Origin: Ramazzottius varieornatus
Taxonomy: Eukaryota > Animalia > Tardigrada
Length of the DNA: 64,000 bases
Assembly: GCA_001949185.1 (NCBI GenBank)
Contig: BDGG01000003.1
Span: 4,013,158-4,077,157 of the forward strand
Direction: 5' to 3'
Shown: positions 1 to 12,141 of the stretch, one piece after another
How positions within the stretch are numbered: the stretch's first letter is position 1
How the letters are laid out: the number at the start of each line of letters is the position of its first letter
The notes under the pieces: model-generated
What the model was told of the DNA's origin: nothing
The model's database searches: none
What the model saw: the letters and a program-made list of their open reading frames with translations, nothing else
Made by a program: the position numbers and the translations under genes

Positions 1-9
1 GTACATGAC

Positions 10-132
10 GGAGACCTCGGCGAACGAACTCGGCAAGATCGGTTCCCCAAGTTGCTCACGCTATCGGTGAATGGTGCCGAGAACGTGCGCCACTTGGAAA
101 AACGATGTCATCGAGTGTATGGACCGAACTCG
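10..132. repeat. Palindrome family A copy at the XK gene 3' end
   Basis: CCCCAAGTTGCTCACG-N23-CGTGCGCCACTTGG with outer arms. Confidence 0.8.
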
Positions 133-2157
133 GAATTCTGCGGCTTGTACGAACGAGGAAGTGCTCTGATGCAGTCTTTTCTTACAGTGTCGGTGAGCCA
201 GTTGAGGTCCTCCATCGTTAATGTGTTCTCGCTGCCGGAAGGAGAAAGCTGTGAATGGTAGAAGTCCTCCAGAAGTTGCGTAGTGTGAGTTATGTCGATA
301 CCGCTGGTTTTCCTGGTAAAGGCCACGAACCCCGTGTTGGTTAGCCGTGGCATAATAACCTCTTCCAGGTACTTGTGGTGCACTTCCGCCATTTCCAAGA
401 GCCAGCACTTGGCTAGAATACCTGCAATGAACCGATGTGGGGAGGCATGTTGTTTATACTGATGAAATGTGTTGATATACTGTATTGGTAGATATGGCCT
501 AAACCATTTTACCTTTCTTCCGGGTACAGAGCTGACGTTCTTGACGTTTGAACGGCATCAAGATACACGTCGTAATGAGCACATGGAAAAGCAACACCGC
601 TATTTGGATACCCAAGACCACACCCATAGATATAACTCTGGTTTCGAGTTGTATGTGGTCGGCGTTCAAGCGGAACCAAAAGAGCAATAAGGCTAAGGTT
701 TCCAGCACCTGCAGTCCGCCCGTTATCCAGAAGGTCTTTGTCCCACTAGTGAGCAGGTAATCCACACAGTTGGACGCCGTTTCGTCCTCCGTGGCGTCCA
801 TCAGAGGCGGGAACACCAGGGTGGCCGCCGCTGCGGTGAGAATGTCCGGATGGTTGGTTCGATTGTACAGAATCAAGCGGAAGTCAGGCAGGAACTTGTT
901 GGCTGATTTGGGACCAGCCAGCCACATCATGCCGTACACGATGGACAGATGGACAGTGATGAAGACTAGAGCGTCCAACCAAGGGTAAGGCGCCACGGTA
1001 AACGCCACGGCCAGTGCCACCGCACGAGCAACAACGTAGAGGGCGTCCATGAAGCCTTGCAGGATGAAGTTGAAGAGGATCGTCGGAGAGTAGCGAAACC
1101 GGTAAAAGTAATACCCGTGGATGGATTCGTCCAGGTCGCCTTGGTCGGGGTCCTTATCTAGAATCTTAGCCTGGGCCAGCGCCAGAGTGTGGTGGTAGAA
1201 GGCCAGAGACACGGTGGAAAAGGCTACGGAACTCCAGCTGAACCATGAGATGTTCTTTAGGTCCCGATCATGTCTACAGCCGTAAGCATCTTTACCACAA
1301 CGTTGTATTCCTCCCTAAAATCCAGAGATATACTTACAGCAGTTCCGCTATAGTGTAACTCTGGAAGATCAGCTGTGGTAAGGCTTCAAGATGAACTTCC
1401 AGACGAACAGCTGATACGCGGGCCCAGTTGGAGACGCGGAAGTTCTTGACCGAGTTGTAGTGCGCCCAGGCTTCTTCCGGTCCCATCGGCTGTTTCCTTT
1501 GCCGGACAACTTCCTTGTATTCCTTTGCAGCAATCATACACCTGTAGGAAGCGAGGTATCAGAAAAAGGGTCACTTCCGGGTTGAAGAGCTGAAGACTTA
1601 CCAGTAGAACGGCTCGAATGGGTGCGTCAAGTAAAATGGGTACTTTTTGTAGACCTTGTAGTAGCCGAAAGACACGAGAAATGGCAATGCGCTAATGGCA
1701 AAACTTATTCCGGCGTACCCGTAGAGTTCCTCCTGGAAATGGTATACCCCAACTGACAGATCGGAGATCAGATCCGCCACGAACAAGCCTGAGGGAAAGA
1801 GCTCTTTGTTGTGTCCCGCTGATAAGAACGTACTTCAAAAGTTACCTGTAGATATGACGTTTGCAAGCGAAGCGGTCCAGTCGATATCTGGAATATTAAT
1901 AGATAGCATACAAAGGTTTTCTACCGAAACGCGAACAGGTCAACCGGACAAATTCTTTGCGTAGTCTTACCGAAGGCATCTTTGCGGCAGATGAGCCAAG
2001 TGACGAGACGGCTGAACCAAGTCGGGGTCTTGTGGGCTCTCGTTGAAGAATGGCACTGTGTCAGCAGTGGATAAATCTTTGTCTTGGTCACGGAGCGTTC
2101 CGAGTCGGTCAGTTCGTCGTCCCGATTGTTAAAATCGAACGAAAATTTCTTGTCCAT
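108..2157 (-). CDS. XK-related (XKR/CED-8-like) multi-pass phospholipid scramblase, spliced; 3' end uncertain
   Basis: Exons joined in frame at GT-AG sites: 2157-1971, 1887-1846, 1788-1602, ~1541-1337, ~1256-513, 421-~108. XK-like motifs LFVADLISDLSVGVYHF and RLEVHLEALPQLIFQSY plus several hydrophobic helices. Confidence 0.8.
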
Positions 2158-2692
2158 ACTGAAATCGGCAGAGGGGATATTCTCCTTTCAGGAATTCCGC
2201 CAGTTAACTTTCCAGCTTTCTCGACCATTTATAAGTGCGCTACCGTAAAGATCACATTAGAAACATAAAACTGATAACGGCTATAAAAACAAAAGCATCG
2301 GAACGATCGTGACGAAACTTTCGAGATACCTTTCGGTAGTCGCCATAAAGTGACGATTGATAAGCCGTTCGGCAATAGAGCTTGTCTACCCTTGAACCTT
2401 TAGTGCGAGTACTTTATTTCAGTCTTCCAAGTAGTTCGAAACAGCGGGAAACAAAGTGGGAAGTAGTATCCATCACGCGACAGCGAAGATAAAATTTAAG
2501 AGGCTTCCGCGATCAAAGTAACAGATGTGGAGAAGGTCAGTTCATCGGAAAACGGTTCCCCAGTATCATGGGCGAGTTTACGTTTCACGCCCTTATTCTT
2601 TGGAGATAACAGGTATGAACTACATCTCAAACGACAGAGAATACAGTGTTGTTTACGCAGCTGAGCAAAAAAAAAAGAAGCTCCGCTGATCT

Positions 2693-4139
2693 TCATTTGC
2701 CAGATGGAGGATTCCTCGCCCGAGGGACCGGCGCCGAGCCGGCCTTCCGTTCACGATGTATATCGTCTTTGTGTTCACGGCGCGTGTCCTTCTTCCGCTC
2801 ACGGTCGCGAGGCGGTTCCCGATGAACCGACACTACGTTGGTTTTTGAGTGCTCCCCTTTCCTAGGTGGATGCCTCGGTCGCGGTAGCTGGAACTCTGAC
2901 CAGTGGCGCCCACTCTGTTGCATCGTGATGTACCAGTTGGCCGTAGCCAGCAACTCCTTGACTTTGCGGAATTCCAGGAAGGTCGGCTCCATCAGCGTAC
3001 ACTGCACTATTTCATCACGAGTCATATGTGCGAAGCGAATGAGGACTACCAGGTTCTCCAGCTCAGATATCCGTTCTGGTCGTTTGAAGTCAATCCAGCT
3101 CTTCATGGCGGCATAAACATCCAACTCTGTCTATCAAAAGCACAGTGTAGTCAATGATCAATCCATCACGGACCAAGGCAACCGGTTAGGCGGCATCAGC
3201 TTGACCAGTGATCCCCGGACAAGTTGACAAACTGGCCCATGAAGTCAGACCTGGCTCGCTTTCACGTGAGTTCTCGGAGTCACTTCGTACCTTAACTTTG
3301 AGATCGTCGCATCCCAGTAAACGAGCCACTTTACCAACATCCCATTCCAAGAAATGCTTGTCGGTAGTCTGATCGTAGAACATTAAAACAAAACGATCGT
3401 ACGCGGCTGCGTGAAGGTCCGGTATATTCCGTTGCTCGCAAAACTCCATGATGTACACAAGGTTTCTGGGCGTAAGCAGCCTCTCGATGAAAGTGGCGCA
3501 CGCTTCAGCGACATCGTGAATTTTCAGAGCTCTTGCGATCATCCATACTCCATAAATATTTTCCGCGTTGGCCTGAAGTTCCCCGAAATAAAGATATTTC
3601 AAAATGGTCGCTGCATCATCAGGCTTCACATCGCCGAGGTTGATATGCTGCTGTTTCCGTTCTGTCGGGATATCATCAAAGTAATCCGTGAAGGCAACAA
3701 AGACTTCCAGATGAGCGTAAAACAAACTGTGTTCAGCTTTGAGGACTACATCACAAAACTTGTTATTCCTCCAAGCATGCAACAATTGCTTTCCGGTGAT
3801 GGCCAAATGCGAGCGTGGATCTGTAGGTAAGATGGCCGACAAACCGGCAAGTGCCTCGATAGTGTAAGCTTTGCCTGTAGTCTGTCCGCCAGACGCAAGT
3901 CGAGGAGTACTTGGGAAGCCGGAAGTGGCCACGCCATGTGACACATCAGATATCCGACCGGGACTTTTGTGATTATTTCTCTTGGGTTTAGGTTTCCTTG
4001 AGCGGTTAGATCTTTCGGTCGACGCTTCTGAATGTAGCTCGTGATCAGTATAGTCTTGATGACGGTCAGTCCTATCAGCTGATTTTCTTCGTCTGTTATT
4101 TTTCTCACTTTTCGGCTTTGATATATCTTCAGATGACAT
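2693..4139 (-). CDS. BTB/POZ + BACK domain protein without kelch repeats
   Basis: Exons 4139-3291 and 3130-2693. BTB signature FCDVVLKAEHSLFYAHLEVFVAFTDYF and ILKYLYFGEL; BACK signature LKVKTELDVYAAMKSWIDF..LIRF. Confidence 0.85.
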
Positions 4140-4283
4140 TTTAAAGTAGGACCAGAGATCGCAGTACAAAATATTTTCAATTCATAACGTCCCGAAGTAA
4201 TCATGGTAACAATGCTACTGAAACCCACACACAGCAAACTTACAGAAGCATCCTTCCAAAACTCAAAACCGAAAAAAAGCCCT

Positions 4284-5858
4284 GCAGGTCGCCGACAACG
4301 ACACGGTCTTATCCCAAGTGGCGCACGCCTTCGGCCAACAGTACGGACGTGCGCCACTCTAGAAAACCGATCCCGACGAGTTGTTTGCCTAGAGTTAGCT
4401 TCCAAATACCGATACGGAACTCTGCCGTGTTTTCGTTAAATTTCCAACCAAAAATTAAACTACAACGATGAGAACACCGTTGAAAAGAAAACTCAAATTC
4501 AGAATGAAAGCTTAAAGAAAGTTTAGTCATTGTACAGATATGCCCCTCAAGATTGGCGAACAGGTGATGGAGATGAGGTAAACTTTAGGAACAGAAACCA
4601 ACGTGGTTTCTACATGAGTCTGCTTTTGTCTTTACAAAAATACTGGCATGGAGAATAGGGAACTAGGAAACGCGCCTCTTCTTTGCCTTTGACGAGCCTC
4701 GGTCATTCGCAATCCTGGTTGTGCCTCTCAACATTTGCATGAGAACTTCATGTGAAGAGTTATTAGCAACGTTGGTAAAGGCCAGATGCCGCTGTAGGTT
4801 CTGGGCAGACGAAATACCTGTTCGGTTGTCGATGGGCATATTGCTGACTTCTTCGTACTCCCGCTGCAGAGCATTCTCACTTCGCTTCAACGCTGCAATC
4901 TTCTGATTCAGGAAACCACGAGGACTCTCTTCTCCTCCGTTCCCAGCCTTGTCCTTTATGCGTTTCAGTTTCGTCGAGAGTCTTTCTTCGCGGCATTTCT
5001 TCGGACTATTCTCCTACAAAACAAAAACCCATAAAACAATAATCAAGAAAATACAACAATACAAATGGGACGTCGGAGAATGAGCCGACCCAGGTCGTTT
5101 CCCGCGTGGCGCACGCTGTAAGCTGATAGTGACGAAAGCGTGCGCCTCTTAGAAGGACGATCTCGGTGGAATCGCGAAATCGTTTCGTACCTTGATCAGC
5201 AACGGAATATCGTCTTGGAGGGACTGAGTGGGCGATCGAGGTCTGATGAAGCTATTGTACGCATAGGTGTTCTGTGGAATGTACAGTTGATCAGCCGAGC
5301 CGGATACCAGTCCGTCGATGCGGAAGATGACGCTCGGCACGAGAACGACGCGCCCGTTGAGCTGGCTGGCAAACATGGGCTGGTCGATCGATACGACCGG
5401 AAGTGGCTCGGCCACCGGCGGTCTGACATCCGAGAACTTCTCATGAGTGAACGAGTATGCCGAGGCCGAAGGGGACTTTCGGATGACGGACACTGGGACT
5501 GTTTTCTTTACCACCGAAGGACTGGCGCTTGCGTACGTCGAATAATTGCGAGGAACTATGACCTTCTCTTGACCGGGAAGAGAATCGACGGGAATACCCA
5601 CTTCCCTCATTTCCTGGGCCAGAGCGGCAGCTCGCTTCTCCTGAAACCACAACGGAAAACGAATCAAGGCATGTTCCGTTCCGACAAGATCGTTTTCCCA
5701 AGTATCGCACACCTCCAGCCAATAAGTAATACCGAAGACGCGGGCCACTTCGGAAAACAGTCTTGCACAGCTGGGCAAGTGGCGCACGCTGTCAGCTAAA
5801 AACAGTGAGACCGTGCGCCGCTTGGGAAAACTCGCTGAGCTTGTTCGCTGAGTTCCCA
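4284..5858. repeat. Family A copies at ~4284-4392, ~5067-5185 and a doublet at ~5670-5858
   Basis: GTGGCGCAC/GTGCGCCAC cores; the latter two loci are in introns of the 4663-7099 gene. Confidence 0.85.
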
Positions 5859-7099
5859 AATGCTTTCCGATTACTTTTCGTACCTGTTCAGCGATTTTGT
5901 CCTGGATAGTTTTTCGTCCTGATCGTACTGCTACTCCCAAGTTCAGCGGCATAGTAAAGCTAGGAACGAACTGCGGAGTAAGCGAGACATAGGATGAATC
6001 AGGTACTGATTCACAGTGCTGGTCGATGTTGTCGGGTGAGGCATCATCGGAATGTTCCGCTTCGCCGGTCTGCTCGTCTTGTTCATTGTCATCGTAGACA
6101 GCTTGCTCCTCTTCCACGTCTTCCCCCTTGATATCCACCGGCTCTTCCTTTACTTCCAAGTGCCAGTCCAGCAGGTCCGCAGAGTCCTTCCCACTCTTGG
6201 TGGGCAATCCCGATGGAAGCACCATTTTCCTATGAAAAATATTCAGGAATATTCGAAGGCAGTTTTTCTGCTGGGGAAAGATACACAGCATGAAAATGTC
6301 AACAAGGGGACAGAAGTAAAACTATCTTCTACTGGGGTGACTGACGTTAAGGGCGATACAATTGTTGTCACAGGCCTCGAATGGAAGGTAACGTCAGAAG
6401 GACAAGGCTCAACCTTGCGTGTTGATTCCGCCAAGAGAGTGGCGAGCGACATGACGCAAATACGGAGATTAAGCTTGACGACTTTGGCAAAAGCACCGCT
6501 GGTAGCAATGACGTCTATCTGTAACTGGAAATCGATCAAGAACTAACGCTGACGCATATTTCCAGCCATGACGTCGAGTGGAAACTCAGGCCGCGTTCCG
6601 ATGAATGAGCCACACTCAGCGACAGGAGCTCAAGTACAATCATCACGCCAACAAGATATTCCGCCAAGACGGCAGAAATCGATCGTCCTTCAACCTCCAA
6701 AGTCACGACCGGTATTTTCCATCCTCCGGAGCCCTTCACAATCAGCACGTAATCATGACCTCCTCAAGACACCAACCAAGGGCAGATGAACGCAAAAGGT
6801 GCGTCCTATGGACGAAACCTGTAATTTCCTTCGGCATCCCGCGAAAGGTGGTATTGGCATCATCTTCCAGATCTCCTCACACTACGGACTAGCGTCTGAC
6901 AGTTATGCAGAGACAAGACACAACTTACCTTAGGTTGCTGCTCCGAGGGTCCAGAATGCCTGCCCACATTCAGCAAAAAGCCCACGCGAAATGGTAATCG
7001 GTGGAATATCCGCGCTACAGTGAACCGTCGATCGTCTTTGACAGCAACTCCGTCAGCTTCCTTCCACACGAGACCGGCGGCATCAAGCACGCGGTACAC
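4663..7099 (-). CDS. Uncharacterised spliced protein, probably nuclear (EVKEEPVD acidic motif, C-terminal KAKKRR); 5' exons poorly defined
   Basis: Exons 6229-5884, 5640-5191 and 5013-4663 join in frame at GT-AG sites. Further candidate exons lie at 6.4-7.1 kb. Confidence 0.55.
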
Positions 7100-7441
7100 A
7101 ATTCGGCGAGAGCGCTTTCCTTCCCTTGATCTTCCGCAAATCGTCTAGTCCTGATTCCCGAAAGACTAAAAAACAAAGAAACTACTGTGATGCGTATTTC
7201 GCTTTAATTACAAATTTACAAATGTAGGACGCCAGGGAACCCGGCGTAAAGGGCTAATCAGGTGACTCAGGTCGGTTCGGCGACTTTCGTCGTTGCAAGT
7301 CAGTCCACGTGGTCTGCGCCCTGAGGTCAAGCCGGGGCCCTTGCTGCGGAACAGCCAAAGTTGCCCAGAGAGAAAGGAGAATCGACCGGAATCATCCTAC
7401 AATCTCTCATCCCAGGACAGATCGTCTGCAGCGTTTCTAAC

Positions 7442-8774
7442 ATGGCAGTGCTGGAGAAAGCCGCCGAAGCGTGGCGTCTGTTAAATGGAGTGTTCTGTGT
7501 CTACAAGCCGGCCGGGATAACATTTAACTCCATTCGCTTTCGGATCGCCAACAAACTTACCGATGGTAGTGCGATACTTCCTGGGGTCATAATGCTTGAT
7601 TCGATCATCGAAGTGCTGTTAAACACACTTTTCTTTGCAGAATTGAATGCGATGCAGCGCGAAGATGTCCCTCCTTTGGTCAAAATCTTGCCGCCGTCGC
7701 CGGAAGACGATTCAGCGGAATTCCGTGTGACTACCGTACCTGACTTGCGGAGGCATCCTCTCGTGGTTGGACCAGGTTATACGAAAGAGGATTTCTATAT
7801 AAGACATACAACAGGATTTCTCAAAGAAATGGCCGGAGTTACCGTCGTATCAATAGGAAGTGGCAGTCCTCGGAGAATCTTCGAGGCAATTACCGACAGA
7901 AACCCTGTTTGCAGTAAGTGACTTAGCGTGAGCCAGAATAGGTTAATCGGTGGCGAGCCGTCCGGTACGTATTATGACGTCATGCTGGTTCATGAATGTA
8001 GAAATCATGCGTCTTATTCCAGCCCGAAACGGTAAATCGCCTTGCTTCCTATCGAAAGTGGGTTCGGTAGCTGCATCATGGACCGCCCGTCCTGCCAAAC
8101 TATCGTTATGTACAAGCGCATAGACTGATTTTCTGTTGGTCTTTTCCGCAGCGTATCACATAGATGGGAAGTTCGGACTACGTACGGACGACTACTTGGA
8201 GACTGGACGTGTATTAGAGAAAACTTCTTTCGACTTCGTAACGAGGACTCGACTACAGAAGTTTCTGTCCTTCTATCAAGCAAGATACCAGAAATTAATA
8301 TACCAGGCATATGGAGTAGATCCTCAAAGCCAAGAAGCTTACGAAATGCACAGCCGCGGTCTTCTTCGTCCCGGTAACGTCAGCAATCCTTTACTGTACA
8401 GAATTCAGTGCGTCAGTTTCCACAAGCCATACTTCACGCTGGAAGTACAGTGTGTCAACGAGACGGACAAGTTTCTTCTAAAGATACTTAACGATGTGGC
8501 GGAGGACCTTAAGAGCTCCGCGGTGTGCACCAAGATTCGAAGGATAAGGTGGGGCAACTTTACGCTGGACCACGCTTTGCTGTACAAACACTGGAATGTG
8601 GCTGGGATCATCGAAGGCATCAACGAATGTGGACCGGCTGTCAGGAACGAACTTCGGCTTCTGGAAGAGCCGTACCTGACTGACGTCAAAGATATACCTC
8701 AAGGTCCTCGGCTCACGGCCGGAGATCCGATACTGTCTCTCTCAGCATCAAACTTCCCTAGGATTGGAACTTAG
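7442..8774 (+). CDS. TRUB2: Mitochondrial pseudouridine synthase TruB2
   Basis: Exons 7442-7565, 7641-7913, 8151-8774. Motifs LNGVFCVYKPAG, HPLVVGP, GVDPQSQEAYE..RGLLRP, IRRIRWGNFTLDHALL. Confidence 0.92.
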
Positions 8775-9797
8775 GCAGGTCGCGAGCTTTACTAAAACTG
8801 TGAGTGCTAATCTTCTGCTTGTTAAAATGGCCCGTTTTGATTTTCTGTGATATCCATAACTATCTTTGTGTGAGCCTGTTGATGCGAGACAGGAAGCGAT
8901 GTGAAAATCCTTGAAATTCCGTGTTTTCGTGCTTCCAGCTGATACGTGTTTCCAGATTTTGTTCTCCAAAGCCTGGGGCTTCCTTGGGGGAAACAAAATA
9001 ACGAGATAAGAGGCGAAACGGGAGATCGGCGAGAGACTTGTGCTTGCAAAGACTGACGACATCGTTGAGACACGGCTTATGAGTTTATGGTTAATAGTTA
9101 CTGGCTAATATACTGCCTAGACGCAGCAGTACCATCTTTGGTCCATTATCTTGTGTTTTCTTCGGGCAAAAGTAGCGTCATTTTATCATTTTGACTTGGG
9201 GAGATGCTGATGCTCTAAAGATCTTCGACTCTCGCGCTGTTCATGTTGTTTGTACGGCTGCAGCTTCTCGTTAACTGGTTCTTCACAATCTCGTAAACGC
9301 GAGGGCAAGTCGGGCAAGTCTTCTTCGCCTGCACCGGTCAACTCCCTCCTTGCTAACCTTTTCGCCGGAAGCGTTGATGACAGAAGATGCGTCTTGAATC
9401 TCATGCCGTTATACGACGGCCTTAAGCACATCCTTCTGAAACATTGCACTGCTCGGATGAACCGTGGTGGTGTAGTTGCGATAGACACGAGCCACACGGC
9501 GGGGTACTTCGAATAATCTTCACGGCTAATCCCTTCATTCATCCTTTGTCTAGGCTCAAGTTTGATCAACGGTGGAGTGATGCAGTTCTAACTTGCGGTG
9601 GTAAGTGCAGACGCAAAAAATTTGATGGCTGGTGAAGGGTTTCTGCACGAGCCGTGAACAATTTCAACCTTTCTTGCTTTCTTATGGGTTCCGCTCAGAT
9701 CACATCAGACACACTTCCGGAACCAATTTACACTTCGTGTATTTGGAATTACAAGGAATTACTCCCAGCCTGCCCGTAAAAGGTTTTTGTGAGAAAA

Positions 9798-11520
9798 ATG
9801 CCGCCACCTTCTTATCGGAATCTGCTGTTCTCGACTGGCGTTATTTTACTTCTATTACCCCAATATCTATGCTCCTATTATGAGCGGCACAAATGCTTCG
9901 GTGAGTTTTATTTTAAGCTGGTGAGACCGCCAAAAAATGGATCTTTTATCTCATAACGCCCTTTTTCCAGCTACCGGAGATTGTATCCTCAGTACGGCAT
10001 ACTTTGCCGGTGGTTTTAACGATGAGTACGAGTCTATCTTTTCTCACTCTCGCCCATCATTTAGGCACAGTTTAGGATGAAACCATGATGAAAACCACAG
10101 ATGAAAACCATGATTTATGCAGGTATAACCGGTGGATAACAGAATGCAACGACGGGGAGGCCATTGTTGGTATATTCGACGCCGTAAGAATGTTCATCGG
10201 TGTAGAACGTAAGTTAAAAAGTCAACGATTCCTTGTGATTGCGAAGTGGTTATTGAGAAACATTCTGACCGTATTAGTTTCATTTGCAGAGGTGTGGTGC
10301 AAGTTCATGTGAGTAGAGAAGATAAATTGATGCGACTTCCGGTTGTGTGAAGTTTGAGCTGACGAGAACTTCCTTGTTCAGGTTCCCCTACAAGCCACCA
10401 TCCAGAGGCATCTATCCGTTTTATTCCCAATGTAATGTTCGGAATCAGACCATGAAGGAGTACTACTGCTACGACAAGTACTTTCTCCTTGCTCTTGTTT
10501 CAGTATCGAGCTTTGCTCATAACGCGAAAGCGGGGAATGTTTTCCCTTCATTCGCTTTCTCTTATTTCTCCCACCCACCCGCGCCTTTTTTCATTTGTGG
10601 AGGTACTGGCCGAAAGATACCGTGGATACATTTGCCACCGCGTTATACTCGAACGTATTTCAGGATCCCGGAGGTAAACACTTGGTCTTCGAATTTTAAC
10701 AACGTATTCCCTTTTGACTGTTTTGATTTCCAGTTCCCTCTGCAATGAAATGCTGCAAAACTCCTGCTGGATACAACCTGGATTACAGTCGGTAAGTGAA
10801 GCTCTTCACGAAGGCTCTGAAACAGAGCTGCGGAGTTATTTATCTCGTTTTAGCTCGCGAGCTAAATCTGCCTTTTTCCTACGTTTACGCAAAACAGGGT
10901 TGTGCAGCGCACGAACCTGGATGAGCTTTTTGTAAAAGCCTCGTAGAAGAAAGGCGAAATGAGCTAAACGAGCTGAACGAGCTAAATAGCTCCACAGGAC
11001 TGCTCTGAAAGTCAGATTGATAATATGCACGATTCGGACACTCCCACGTTTCAGATGCGAGTGGAAATACACCCATGATAAGTAGGTGGATTCCCGCCGA
11101 ATCCCGCAGATGTGGTATGTGATGCTTCACGAGCAGATCCAGACTACCTTTCTTCCCGTTATTCTGCAGAAACGGGGAACATTACGACGGGTATTGGTTA
11201 ACAAAATGCGAAACTGGAGAAGTGATGACGGGTCAGTGATAATCTCGTCGTTGAAGAATTTGTGTATGATTGACTTCCTGGTTCGTGCACAATCTCCCTC
11301 ATGTTTTAGGTCTTGGACAAGCAATCTCTCCAACCGGTACGAAGTTCACTGGTTATTCCAAGATTTCCAGATAAAGATTACTTGCTTTTACTGTCTGTTG
11401 TTCGCAGACGGTCTCTCCCATTTTGTATGGATCCAGTGCTGTCCGGTGATCTTTACCGGAGCGGTAAACTCAAAACAGATCTACAAACTTCCTCCGCCTC
11501 CCGGAAATGGATATGGATAA
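9798..11520 (+). CDS. Secreted Cys-rich protein, paralogue A (many small exons)
   Basis: Signal peptide MPPPSYRNLLFSTGVILLLLPQYLCS, then TGDCILST..GGFNDE, WITECNDGEAIVGI, VWCKFMFPYKPP, YYCYDK, MKCCKTPAGY, FVWIQCCP. These motifs are shared with the genes at 20.3 and 46.5 kb. Confidence 0.75.
10823..11002. mobile_element. hAT-type MITE, 180 bp, in an intron of Cys-rich gene A
   Basis: Imperfect TIRs CAGAGCTGCGGAGTTATTT.../...AAATAGCTCCACAGGACTG. Perfect 8-bp TSD CTCTGAAA at 10815-10822 and 11003-11010. Confidence 0.85.
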
Positions 11521-12141
11521 ACGCACTGCTAATCTATCGAGAACTCTGCGAACCGTGAAATGTTCGCGTCTCCCCAGTACATGCAACCGTCCGATGACTG
11601 AGGTTGCTCATGGTCTCAATCTCGTGACTGAAAAATCAAGAGGCTTTTATGGTTCGCTGTTCGTCACTGATTTTGAATAGTAAACGCTGCTTTCCGGTAT
11701 TGTTGGTTGTTTGTTAACGTTGTTAGCGTATTCCGCCAATTAATTTATTCGGTCAACCATGGGACTTGTAAAGTACATCCTTACCACAAGTGAAATTTTC
11801 CATAAGCCAACTATCTTTTTCGAGCAAAGGCCGCAAATTACCCCACCTGCGCGGACGAAGATAACGAAGACGACACGTTAATGAATCACGGATAATTTAG
11901 GGTACTGTATTGAGCGAAAGCTATCCTAAGGCCAACTTTTCGATAATGATACGACGAGTGGATACTTCACCGACTTTAATGCGGCAGCAAGTTCAACAAC
12001 CTTTGGAATATTCTTCCGGTTTCTACGTCAACGCCATCGACGGCCGTGAAATTTTCACTGCTGTACAAAGTAAAGTTCAACAGGAGTTTACAGCATGAAC
12101 CAACAGGTAAAACTAAAACACCCCAGCGTGAAGATTTTACA

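Noticed and set aside
9186-9569. 127-aa minus-strand ORF
   Set aside because: No recognisable motif or convincing splice structure.
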